Source of the DNA: Pseudomonas phage PIP
Length of the DNA stretch: 32,000 nucleotides
Strand: one strand, 5' to 3'
Sequence record: OR687155.1
The translations under genes were made by a program, and so were the position numbers. The notes under the pieces are model-generated. The model was given only the letters and a program-made list of their open reading frames with translations, did no database searches and had not been told where the DNA came from. Below, one piece after another: positions 10,431 to 22,132 of this stretch. Within the stretch, counting starts at the first letter, position 1; every line of letters begins with the position of its first letter.

Positions 10431-13340
10431 ATGGCGACCGAAACTATTGACATCCGAACCCGAGAAGACGGTCCCAAACGTTAAGCGGAACCTGGAGGAT
10501 CCGGCAACACCGCTGAGAAGGCTGCAAGCGGTGTAGATATCCCGAGGCGTCCCGGCGCGCTGACTGCTTTTACGCCACCGACCAGATCCGCAAGTATGCT
10601 GACGGCCAGCAAGGCATCCGGCAGATCCGCAACCGCGACCAAGTGACACCGCTGAAGCTGCGCCGTGCAGGAACAGTCCGATAAGACAGCGCAGAACACT
10701 GCCAGGGTCTCACTGACACCGTGGAGTCCGATAGCCGCACCGCGCGTCCTGGTAAGGAGCTGGGCGCGATCCTAGGTCCAGGCTGACCAATCCATGGAGA
10801 ACGTAGGCAAGACTCTTGCGCCGGCAGCACCAGCGCACAGCAGGCGCAGGGCGCACTGATGCAATGGGCCAGGCGCTGGGTAGCGGTAACCGTCCGGGCA
10901 GAAGAATCCAATCCGACCTGGAGGGTGCGTCCGCGATCCCGTGTTCACCGCGAACTACAACCGACGGCGCCGAAGGTAGTAACCGGCAAGTCCGGAAGAT
11001 GATGCTGGACGGTAAGCCCATCTCAGGCGTCCTGACGCCGTGCTTGCTAAACCGGAAGAGATTGACGCTAAGTCCGGCAAGGCATCCTCCATTAATCCCG
11101 CAAGGTCCATGCTGACCGGTAACGTCCTATGCGCTGGATTAGCCAGACCGATCCTGGCGCTGGGCAACCAGGTAATACGCTGAACCAGGCGATGAAGTGG
11201 ACCGCTGATAATATGGACATGGTTGCAGCGGCAGCGCTACCGGTAGAATGCGACCGCTGTTACCCTGTACTCTACGGCGACCATGCCGCAACGAACGCTG
11301 TGCGGGCGCTGTAATGTGCTTGCGGCGAACCTGTTAGCCGCTGTTGAGACCGCGGCCCATTGCTACCGTGACTTACTCCATACCCATGTGGGACGAGACC
11401 AACGTAGACCGGACGACGCCCACTACGCTGGGAGATAAGTTCCAGTGCTGTAGGCGAGGACACCTGTACCGCATCCAGGACCTGAAGGAGTCCGTTCCAG
11501 CGCGTCCCAAACGGGGCGACAACCGTTGTGGACGTGAACCAATCGAACCGCACAAGCAACCGACCAGGAAACGAAAAACTGGCTTTACCCAATATACCAG
11601 CTCCTGATGACGGTACCGGGTCCGGGCTTTGCTGGTGTGGCGAAGGGTAACCGCGCGCACCAACCGACGCGACCGCTGGGTTGCTGACCGGACTGGGCAT
11701 TGCTGTAATTAGGGTCCACCGGTAAACTGACGCAACCAGGCGAGATGTCCAACCGTACCTATAACGCACCACCGGTGTTACCGAGAACCTTGTGAATACC
11801 GTGACCAACGGTGTGAATAAGATGCGCAGCGCACCGGGATGGACCTGCTTGAAACTACCGAGTCCGACCGGAAGCGTTCGATACGAAGTCCCTGAGACCT
11901 ACGGCCAGAACATTGTCCAATCCATTGACGCTGGTTCCAGCAGCAGGGCGGGTCCATGGAGAAGTGGGTTGATGGTAACCTACTCGTGCGCAAGCAACCG
12001 GCAAGGAACGCGCGGCGAAGCTGGGCAACCAGACCGGCGTGGACCTGAACTAAGCGATGGGCACTCTGATGTTCCGGTGCGGATGAAAAGGAACTGGAGA
12101 AGCAGCGCAAGGAGCTCCGAGAAGTCCGAGAACGAACTGCGCGTTCTGCTGAACACGACCGTCCTACCGAAGGCGCGAAGCTGGAGATGGCAAAGGCCGA
12201 GGAGACGCCCAACACAGGTACCCTGAAAACGGATAACCACACAGGACCAGGGCGCGTTACCCGAGTCCTGAGTCCCATTACACCAGGGACAACCACCGAA
12301 CCGCTGGGCAAGGTGAACTGCGAGATGGACGAGCAGATCCACCTGCTTGGTATATCCGCGTGCGCGGCAGGTTGAGTCCGAGTACATGAAGACCGAGAAG
12401 GACCTAGTGCGCACAAGGCACCATAGCCCATGCAAGAAGAGACCGCTGCGCTCCGCAGCAAGACCGAGATGCTGCAACGCCAGAACGAATTGGTGGCAGC
12501 CCAGGGACCAGATGCTTGCGAACAGCGACCGAGCAGCGCCGCGCGTCCAATACGCAGACCGAGGCGATGAACAACCTGCTACCAACCCGAGCAGCGGATC
12601 CATTGCGGGCGACGCACAAGGGCAGGTGATGGGCATGCTGGGCGGCATGGGTAACCGACACTGCTGGGATGTAAGCGCCAGATGCAGGTCCAGCTGGAGT
12701 TGATCCAGACGTACTGATGTCCATCCGACATGCTGCGACAGAACGACCCGACCAGTGAGCAGGACTACCCGAACGCTGACAATCCAGCTGGCACAGCGTG
12801 AGAACGAGTTGAAGACGCAGAATATGCGGAATCTCCTGGCTTGCCAACGGCAGAGTCCAACAACTGGGGAGCTGGCGGCTACCGGTAAGGCTGCGGCAAC
12901 CATTCCAGGCGACCATGAACACCTACGAGGGCGCAACCAAAGCGCTGATCCAGGGCGGTAATCGATGGAGCGGCGATGGTTGCTACCGTGGTGGCGCAGG
13001 GTATGGCGCAGGTGGCAGCGATCCGTCCAGCAGACCCAGGGCTTTATGACCGGCGGTAATCTACTACCGGGGGTACTGGTGGAGCAGACCCATAAATGGT
13101 AGCATTTAGGCAACGTCCGGTGAGCAGGTGATGCACCGGTACGCCCACAGGTCCGCAAGGGTACAGCAGCACAGAAACTGGGGAGACCAGGCAGCGGCCC
13201 AACCACTGTACCATGACACTGAAGACCACCATCGTGCTGGATCCATCCGATACCGGGGATTACTCCGGAACTGACGATGGCGAACAGTTGATTATGAACG
13301 CCGTCCATGCAACCAACGCGCGCTGGGCTACTAAGAGGAG
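10431..13340 (+). CDS. Phage tail tape measure protein, frame-disrupted
   Basis: RBS GAAAGAGGAG at ~10416 and ATG 10431: MATETIDIRTREDG then GNTAEKAASGVDI, matching the N-terminal pattern of tape measure domain proteins (I.IREDGS..V.RN...IGN.A..A..GV..L). Spliced segments VQEQ..TAQNT, RTAR..KELGA, VTN(F)MENVGKTLA, STSAQQAQGALMQ(L)GQALGSGN..GEE..N..LEGASAI follow the canonical AVQE.LF.IAQ.TR.S / LG.GL.SG.LRGEEFNSV.E order. A coiled-coil-like LQEETAALRSKTEMLQRQNELVAAQ lies at ~12430. The C-terminal part is FQATMNTYEGATKAL and GAAMVATVVAQGMAQVAAI + QQTQGFMTGG (~12903-13057), typical of tape measure ends. Confidence 0.82.
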
Positions 13341-13346
13341 AATTAA

Positions 13347-13480
13347 ATGGCAAACGAAGTAGGCACTGGTACCGAACCTGGAGGACCTGATCCGGTAAGA
13401 CCATCTCCATGACGAATGCTGCAGCCCGTTGCAGCAAACCAGATTGGATTGTGAACCGCCGATCCTGCGATGGCGTAGCG
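13347..13480 (+). CDS. Start of a phage tail-module protein (MANEVGTGTEPGG...), product unknown
   Basis: Strong Shine-Dalgarno TAAGAGGAG (13332-13340) then AATTAA-ATG at 13347, immediately after the tape measure gene. Frame is lost within ~20 codons. Confidence 0.45.
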
Positions 13481-14827
13481 GGCATGACGACAAACATGAC
13501 AGAGCCCGATCTTGCGACTCGCGGAAGATCCTCCATCTCCGCCATACGATCCCGGCCCATTAACACTAACAACCCGAACCCACGGAAGGTTATACGCAAT
13601 GCACGGGCTACACCGGCAGTAGCTACACCTGCATTGACATTGTGCGCGGCGCGAGAGACCGAGAATGATCCGTATGTGGGCGTCCAACAGCACCGACGAT
13701 CCCGACGATGCTACAGAATCCACTCCATAATCCCGACGATAATCCGACTTGGACTACAGCGCTGATAATCAATCCGAACCCACCTATGCCCAGAATGAAA
13801 TGAAAGACTTTGTTGTCCCGGGCACGCCTGGGGCGCATGTGTATTGGCGGATCCTGATTGACCGTGTGCAAAGCGGTCCAGTACTACGGTACCGTGGCGT
13901 CCTTGTTACTCTAGCTTAACGATGGCACTCAACCGCAAACTATTCGAAGTGAGGCGTCCTAAAGCACCTGGCAATCCCGGAACCGAAAATAATCGACACT
14001 GGCATCCGGTGTGAATACGATGCTGCGAACGGCTGGTACAACCTGTCCTGATGGGTTATACCGGATACGACGCGAACGTACTGGATTCTTATGCGTCTGG
14101 CGCGCTGATCCAGTTACGGCGACGCTCAATCCGATGATCCATCCGATGGTCCTTGTTGGAACACAACCACGCCTTATTGGTTTGCAGCGACAGTACCGTC
14201 CTTTAGGTCCGGGTTGAAACCCCATAAGTTCCGAGAGGGGGCTAACCTGGGTCCTCCTACGTACGCAACGCCAGCCAATAATCCCAATCCGATAGCGGTA
14301 GGGGTACTGATGATCCTGAGCAACAGCGGCCCGGGCGTGGAATGGCGTTATCCGTATAACGATCTATCCATAGCGTGTCCTGACGCCCATGTCCTCCATT
14401 TACTGCCCGATCCGCCAATCCGACCTTACATAAGGTCCTGACGGGACATGGCGTCCAATAGGGCAACGAGCAATCTCCTGAACCCGAATACAACCATGCG
14501 GATGACGATGGCAACCGATGACCCTTATGTTACTGGAAAATCCATGACCGGTAACCAACGACTTGTGTGCATAGCACTACTGTTGGAGACGGAACATCCG
14601 ATACCTGCGAGGTCCGAGGAGGTGGTTATACCTATCCAATCCCTTAATCTTGTTACAACGATCCCGACGTTGGCAGTATGGGGCGAGTCTGAGGGTGTAT
14701 CCATAATCCCGGTCCAGTAACTCCCGAGAACACGACAACAGTAGGCGGGACTAACCACATTACCTTCCAGAATCGCGCGTACCGAAGTCCGAGAATACTG
14801 GCGTTATCCCTACCCAAGGAGAATTGA

Positions 14828-15788
14828 ATGGCATACGAAACTGGAACCGCAACCGGAGCAACAGACCTGCTGGATAAGCTGCACCTGGTCCGCTATTGCA
14901 CAAGGCTGGACGCACCAACTGCTGGGTAGCGTGGGCGTCAAATGAGAGTCCTACCTGCAGAAAGGTACAGTCGATCTAACTCCGTCCCGCCAGAACGGTC
15001 CATTGTTAACCACGGTCCGATGCAGCCTGGCAAATACGGCAACCATCCTGAATGGTCCCGATGGATACGCAGGAGGCAGCACCTGGGACCACCAAACTGG
15101 ATACCCTGTGAAATCCAGCGGGGACAGCGGGCAGCGAACAATACCATGCTCCCATCCATGGTGACGAACTCCAAATGTCCGACCTGATTACCTGGTCCGT
15201 CCTGGACAGCAAGACAATTTAACTGGAGCTTGAGATTCAATAGGTGTGTCCATGTCCGGGTCCGGTCCGCCCGACCTTATAATCCTGACGCCCGGTGGTA
15301 CTCGCTCTCCGATGCGACCGGCGCGGAGCACGTGACGAATGCCGCCACGCCACCGACGTGGCTTGGGACCGAATATCTCCTAATCCCAGGAGGAAGTCCT
15401 GTCCCAAATGCTGAAGTCCTCCTCCTCCAGGAGACCTGGCTGCATGTGCGCTGTGCTTTTGACGCATCCGACAATTCGGCAGGAATCCGGCACATAACCC
15501 ATGACACACTCTTGCCTGAGCCCGCTGAGGGGGAGGGACCCAGGACCGCATGATCCGGAGACCATCCCTAATCCTAATAATACTCAATCTGTTGGACCTG
15601 AATGCAATCTACCAACTGGCGAACTCGACCGGTACTTCACTGAAATCCGGCAATCCAGCTACATGGATATGACAAACTAATCAGCCCGGCGACGAATCCA
15701 TCCGAGGTCCTGACACTTGGAAGGATCCGTGGTACAACAAGGGAGGGCGCAGTTCCAGCGCGGAACCGACCAACTGAAGGTGGTGTAA
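14828..15788 (+). CDS. Phage structural/tail protein of the 'MAYETGTA...LLDKL' type, frame-disrupted
   Basis: AAGGAG RBS and ATG 14828: MAYETGTATGATDLLDKL..(L)..AIAQGWT, then ESYLQKGT, NGPLL, ANTATILNG, DGYAGGSTWD..TGYPVKSSG, CPTYYL, a degraded F-H-F-G-F-G motif at 15246-15266, and NPDARWYSLSDATGAEHVTNAATPPTWLGTEYLLIPGGS. A plausible stop TAA lies at 15786-15788 (QFQRGTDQLKVV*). Confidence 0.65.
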
Positions 15789-15789
15789 C

Positions 15790-15963
15790 ATGGCAGTGAC
15801 CATGACCTACAAATCCAGGATTACAACAAATGGTGCCAGAAGAACTCTACCTGAGATTGCGGCGGGTTATGACGAGCTTGATCTGCAGATGGTCCGGTCC
15901 CTGAACTCATCCCTACCATGCTTGCTCTGGTTCCTATACGGGACGACCGCAGACATACGCTAA
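15790..15963 (+). CDS. Hypothetical phage tail-module protein (MAVTMTYKSRITTNGARRTLPEIAAGYDELDLQ...)
   Basis: ATG directly follows the preceding TAA, with GAAGGTGG Shine-Dalgarno. Segment LPEIAAGYDELDLQMVRSLNSSLPC looks natural. Confidence 0.4.
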   Translation: MAVTMTYKSRITTNGARRTLPEIAAGYDELDLQMVRSLNSSLPCLLWFLYGTTADIR

Positions 15964-16884
15964 CCCTGGATCTCAGGGACACACTAACGGGATAACGCCG
16001 TAGTTCCTGACGACTATTACAACCGCAATCCGACGTGAACCCGGGCGTGACCGCACTTGGCAACCTATTAACGGCACAGGTCCGGACTGTGGAAGTGTAA
16101 TCAACGATTTACGCCTAAGTTAGCATCCCTACCATAGTACCGAATCTGAAGGTATATCCCATGCAACCCGAAGCGGTACCCACTTACTTTGGTGGCTACC
16201 GAAGTCTGCAATCGATATCACCAATAATCTAGTACGAATGGCCCGACCTACCGATGCTGTGTATAGTCCGATTCATCCGAGATGACGATGCCCATGGTGA
16301 TCAACGCCGTGGTGTTGTAAATCTTGAACCCGATACAGGGTACGACGAGACCATGGAATGGAAAATAGACCCAGTCTGATAGTTCAATAACGAATAGCGC
16401 CTCGTCCCAGTGCGAAGCAATCGCCAGACGTCCCATATCAAGTCCTGGACGAGCAGCAGTCCACTGGGCAAAGGCGACCAGTACGCAATGGGCGCACTGC
16501 AACCGATGGTATTGCAAACGGGGACGAAGTGATCCCGATTGAACGGCCTTACTGCTGGTCCATCGTCCACAGGTCCGATACTGCGAATGTGACTACCGCG
16601 ACGACGACCTGATTATGCTGTGGGCAATCCCGATACTAACCTGGCAGCGCTGGAGACCATGACGGTGATCCTACAGGCGCTCAACCTGAGCGTCCCTAGA
16701 CAAGAATTAACCAGTGCTAGCACTGCGTCCTCCATGCTTACCCGAACGCCCATAAATCGAATATGTCGCGTAGCGAACAAGTATACCATTGCTAAAGCGC
16801 AGTCCTTAGACGCAGAACAAGGACTTGGGCGACAATGGTCCATCTCACGTACCGGGCAGTCCGTTATGACGGACCGAACCTGCT

Positions 16885-17150
16885 GTGGTGGGCGACCTTA
16901 GTGAGAAGATTACCAGAACGACCGACATGTCCGACAACGGCCCAAATCCAATCCAGATTGACATTGTACCGAATTGGGTGCGCTCTATGCAGACGATCCC
17001 GTCCACCAAGAACAATAAGGCGGATGTGTGGAAGCTGCGCAGTGGATCCATGCACGACGCGGGAAGCAGCGCGCGTCCTGAGTTGTCCTGGAACCGTGGA
17101 CCTTACCAACCTGCAGGACGTGGCGAGTACTGCAAGCCCAATCCATTAAA
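16885..17150 (+). CDS. Hypothetical phage protein segment (QIDIVPNWVRSMQTIPSTKNNKADVWKLRSGSMHDAG)
   Basis: Natural-composition protein segment in an uninterrupted + frame within a phage structural context. Confidence 0.35.
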
Positions 17151-18467
17151 TCCGACCGGTTAATCCGCTATACTACACTACTGGCGACACCATGATCCAG
17201 TCCTAACGGGACCCGCATATTTGCGCGGGTAACGATCCGGGAGCACTGATAACGACGGGAATGAAGCGCTACCGCTGAGCGCACAGACCGAACAGCCCTT
17301 GCAACGACCGATAACCGACTTTATCCGTTCATAATCCATGATCCGATCCGATACGGACCTGGTGACGTTTAACCATAGAGATGTCACCAGGCACCGACCA
17401 ACCGCACTAGCGGAGACACTCTGATCCGCGACGTATGCAAGCTATGAGACTCCGTTAGAAACGGGAACCCTGACCGAGTCCGATGAGTCCGTGCAGGGGA
17501 TCTCGCTGGAATCACCAGCGGAGTGAATGAGACCAATCCGGCTGGGGCAGACCTCCATCCACCACCTGTGAAGCGCGATAGCGTGAAACAGACGACCGAC
17601 ACATTTAAGGATCCGACCTGGTTGGTGTCCCTTCGTGACGATGCATCCGTTCGCAGCAATCCCAGGTCCGTCCCTGAAGACGTAAATTCACAGTGACGAC
17701 CCGACTGTACCACTACGGCGAATCCGGACGCCCAGTCTGCTGTGTATTGGAAAGGGCGTACCGTTGGCGTCGAGACCAGCGGCAACCAGACCGAGAATCC
17801 AGTGCGAATCCAACCTCCATGACCGACCGAGCGTCCAGCCTGCGTGCGCGCTCCGAATACGGGTGCAGGCGCACGCTGTACCTGAAGGGCTGCAACGTGA
17901 ACCGCGAGTCCGATAAGCATGAGGGCGCTGTGCTACCGATTGCGGGCGGGCTACCACCGCTGTAGCGGGCGCAGCATTGCAATCCGACGGTTACTACACA
18001 GGGGGCATGACCACCGTCCCAGACGGCAGCGCGCGATCCATACTGCGCATCCCGGTGACACCGTAACGATGGCAAGGCCATCCGCGAGTCTTGCAGGCGG
18101 GCAGACTGTAGCCAATCGACTCGGGCTGCGACCATTGAAAGAGACCTGCAAGAACAAATCCAATAACCGGACAATCTGGCGGGTCCCTTGGATCCTGTTT
18201 CGAGAACCTGTATAGCGGTCCATCCGACTGCTTAGGAGAACGATATGGTATAAACGATGTAACCGTATCCACCACCGCGCTGGTTACCGCTATGCGATGA
18301 TGTCCAGTCCGAGACCCACCTCCGCCGACTGGACGAGATCCAGGGTCGACAGCAGAAGTTCACCGTGAGATCCCGTAGCTGTCCGGTACGCGCAAGATGG
18401 ATGCATCCGAATGTGGTGTGGTACGGAGACCTGAACTGATCCCTGTGAAGAAAAAGGGAGGCAAGAA

Positions 18468-18590
18468 GTGACGAACAGTGTGACCGTCCGAATGGAACAC
18501 TGCCGCGAGCTGCGTTACTGTGTGCGGGGCGTGCGCGAGCTGGTCCGCGCGGTATGGACTGGACTATACCGATTCTGAATAACGGCACCG
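18468..18590 (+). CDS. Small phage protein start (VTNSVTVRMEHC...), overlapping the end of an upstream Lys-rich ORF (...VKKKGGKK*)
   Basis: AAGGGAGG Shine-Dalgarno and a GTGA stop/start overlap: AAG AAG TGA ends the upstream frame and GTG ACG AAC starts the next. Confidence 0.35.
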
Positions 18591-21182
18591 ATCCCGACAA
18601 GCTGCTGGAAGCTACTGGCAACGACGGAATGGCGCTTGCAGCAGTGGAGGTGGTCCGTGGGCGGGAGTAGCAAAGCACAAACAGACCGGATATAAGTATT
18701 AATCCCGGCATGCACATGGTATCCCACCATGGACCGAACCGGACAAGACCCACCTGAGGTGGAATCCGACGAAAAGATCACCCGGACGGGTAACGCGACG
18801 GGAGGCGCAACCATAACCAGTGCTGACACGCTGTCCGGTGGCGAGGAGCGTGAAGGCGGTGTACCGGGCACACCGATAACCGACATGGGCAGTGACACAC
18901 AGACGCCGAACAGCTACCCGTGAGCAAGCTGGGTCCGATGGTGCCGGGATCCTGAGGTGTAACTGGCGCTGTGACCCGCTGAGGTAATCGGGCATGAACC
19001 TGCAACCTGAAGCATCCACCGTCCGAAAGCCATGCATATTGGTCCGCCAGAACGGGATTGGTCTAGTGGTACAACCTGGCAGGCTGCACCGCCAAGATAT
19101 GAACCCAGCGCACACCATCCGCGAAAACCCATTGATCCAGATTGGGGCATGGGCTACCCTGAAGCAGATGTGGATGACACTACGTCCCAGGCTGCCGCGG
19201 ACCAGATGTATAGCGAAGGCATGGGGATGCCGTTCGGTGGGACCGTCCCAGACACTGGAGGAATTTAATCCAGGAGGTGCCCGAGCACAACCGACGGTCC
19301 GTTATCCGTGGACCGCACCCGGGCAAGTCCGTGTTGAAGCGATCCGGGGCGGATATGACGTTCAATCGAGCTGGTGCTGACGAGCTCATCCACCGATAAG
19401 ATTCAGACTCGAGCGCAACACGATAGGCGAGCTTACCGATCCCGTGACGTACCGTGTATTGGGACGCAAGCACAGGCAAGAACAATCCGACCATGGTGCA
19501 GGACAACCGCGCTGGCAGCACAGCAGCAACCATCACCAGCACGACGAAGCAGTCCCAGGTTCCATGAACGGCACCATTGCGACGAAGGTGGCAGCACGTC
19601 CGGTCTGAGGCGCTACCAGTACCCTACCAGTGGCACCAATCGATGCCAACCGAAATGCCGCACCGCTGAATAACCGGTGACGTGTCCGTGTTGAGCTACC
19701 ATGCTACGGATCCAGCCTGGCTCACCGTGCGTGTGGCGAATGTGGAGCTGGGCGCACTGGACAGCAACGCACCAGATCCAGCGCAGTGGAGGACGTGGTC
19801 CGCATCACCGAGCGCGACCGATGCAATCCGCCACCTAGCGGCTGGACAGACCCGAACAACGCACTGCTCGCAGTCCTTACCATTGCTCATAGAAGTCCCG
19901 TCCTGGGGAGCTTTACCAGCGCATGGGTGAGACAGACGTCCGCAGCGTCCTAACGATAGTCGGCTTTGTGGTAGCTACAGGCGTGAAATCCATAAGCGAT
20001 GCAGGTAATGCTGAGTCCGACACGAACCCGACGAACACAGTTCGATGAGGAAGCTGGCACAGTCTGATTCCATCCTACTGCTGATCCTAGTGCTGCTATT
20101 ACACCGAACCAGACAGTGATCCCGATCCAATCCGGGATGGACTTGGACAACCACCGAGATTAACACCTATGCAGCTACCGACAATGAATCACCACCACCA
20201 TGCGACCAGCAGTCCAACCGATGACTGTAGGGCGCGGGGTGCTTGATCCCAGTCCGCGGTGCATGCGTTGGCGGCCCGCGTGTCCTCTGACGTGTATTTT
20301 TGAAACCGACCAGGTTGAATACGCGCAAGGTGAGACCGCCCGAACTGGTTGCTACCCACTACGCCTGGAGGGTACGCTGGCTGAAGGTCCTGTACCAGCA
20401 CAGACACTGACGATCCAGGCGCATCCCGTCCGTCCGTACTACCGCAGAAGCTGCGAACCAATCCGCAGGCGTACCCTGACACCGTGCGGGGCGACCAGAA
20501 CAACCGTTGTGACATGGGTGCACCGGGACCGCTTGCAGCAGACCGCGACGTCCACCGATACGGAAGCAGCAAGCACCATCCGGAAGCGAACACGACTTAC
20601 ACTTACCATCTGCTGACCCAGGGCGGTCCGGTGCTTGTGACGCACCCAGATCTGACTGGTAAAATCACGACACCTCCATCCTTGCAGAGATGGGGGCAAC
20701 TATGGCAGGTTGAGGATCCAACTGTGGGCTGTGCGTGATGGCATCCAAGTTCCAGATGCACGATTGGGAATCCATCCAATCCGGTTACGGTGCCGGATAT
20801 GGTTAATCCTACGGAGGCGCATAATGGCAGCACCGATTGAACCGCGAAGCGGAATGAGCTACGGCTGGACCCTGGTGAGAACGGCTGGAACACTGGTATG
20901 GACGCGAACTCGGTGGCTGGGGCGCTCCGGCACCCAGCTACCTGGTGAAGGACCGGGACCTGGCGGCACGCCAGGCAGTCCTGCAACCGGGCGACACGTA
21001 TACCGTGGCAGTTCACCGACTGGTGCATGGGCAGGGCAGCTCGGCAGTTCGCTACCGGACGTAACCGGCATGGGTATCCGGAACGCCGCGAGTGGGCTGG
21101 ATAAACGATAACCGAAGACGAGCAGAAGTCCATGTTCCATAAGGCACGGAGGATGTACCGGCAGGCATGCCAACGAAACGAA

Positions 21183-21204
21183 GTCCCGCCCAGCGGGGCT
21201 TTTT
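21183..21204 (+). terminator. Rho-independent-like terminator
   Basis: GTCCCGC-CCA-GCGGGGC perfect 7-bp stem (including one T:G pair) with 3-nt loop, immediately followed by TTTTT. It sits at the apparent switch from + to minus coding. Confidence 0.8.
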
Positions 21205-21205
21205 A

Positions 21206-22132
21206 TTACCGATATGGATATACACACCGACCCGAACCTGTTGGAACGTACCGATAACCGACATGATACACCGGATCCTGCAACCGCGCAGGATACAGAC
21301 GATAGCATTGCTTGATGAACTGCTGATAGGCAGGTTTGTCCTGCATAACCACAGCGACGATCCAACCTGGTAGCGCGACACCGCTCCGATTCAGTATCCT
21401 CCCGTAGGTAGACAGGATTGAATCCAATCCATTGATATAAATCTCCAAATCATTGCTGAACCAGGGCCGCGTATTGGCCCACCGCAGGCGTGGCAGCACC
21501 AGCAAGCGCGAGCACCGCGCTAACGACCAATCTTGCGATGACCTCCATGGCATTGTCCTATAGCGTCCCGTAGTCAGCACAGACTGGTATGTACGTCCGG
21601 CAATACATACCGAGTCCGAGGAGTCCACCCGTAACCATTTCTCGACGATCCTACTAGAAGCACGACCGCGACGAGGATAGCGAGCGTGCGAAACGGGGTG
21701 TTGGCTTCTGCATTGTTTCCTGTGTTGAACTAAACTGTAAATGCGCTCTGGGGGTATAGACTGCGACCGGCTAGTGATCTGCATGGTTGCATTACCACCG
21801 CACTGCGCAGCGTAGCGTGCCAAATAGTCCGGCGATAAACCGCATCCGTACCGAAGTGTTGCGCAATACTCACACCTGCGAACGAGGATCTCCATCACCG
21901 CGACCAGCAGTGAATCCAGCTGAAGCGGGTGTACCATGTGTGCGTGAAGCACTTCCATGAACAGCAAGTGACCACCTAGTGAAATTATAGGCACGATTGC
22001 GCGGTAGCGCAGCACAACCTCCGACGAGGATCCCACCCATTCAGGTCCTAAGAATGATGTGAAGGTTATGCAACCAGATCCAGGTACCGAAGACGCATAG
22101 AGCTGTGAAGGTAAACCGAGTCCATGATCCAT
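21206..22132 (-). CDS. Possible minus-strand phage protein ending at the convergent terminator
   Basis: 308-aa open frame on the minus strand. Segments such as WFSNDLEIYINGLDSILSTY and VVMQDKPAYQQFIKQCYRLYPARLQDPVYHVGYRYVP look natural, while other parts look off-frame. It abuts the terminator. Confidence 0.3.
   Translation of the reverse strand: MDHGLGLPSQLYASSVPGSGCITFTSFLGPEWVGSSSEVVLRYRAIVPIISLGGHLLFMEVLHAHMVHPLQLDSLLVAVMEILVRRCEYCATLRYGCGLSPDYLARYAAQCGGNATMQITSRSQSIPPERIYSLVQHRKQCRSQHPVSHARYPRRGRASSRIVEKWLRVDSSDSVCIAGRTYQSVLTTGRYRTMPWRSSQDWSLARCSRLLVLPRLRWANTRPWFSNDLEIYINGLDSILSTYGRILNRSGVALPGWIVAVVMQDKPAYQQFIKQCYRLYPARLQDPVYHVGYRYVPTGSGRCVYPYR

Noticed and set aside
11980-13599. 539-aa minus-strand ORF, the longest in the track
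   Set aside because: It is antisense to the tape measure C-terminus (GAAMVATVVAQGMAQVAAI...QQTQGFMTGG) and to the strong RBS/start at 13347. Composition is Cys/Arg/Ser/Leu-rich and shadow-like. It probably results from few TTA/CTA/TCA triplets on the + strand.
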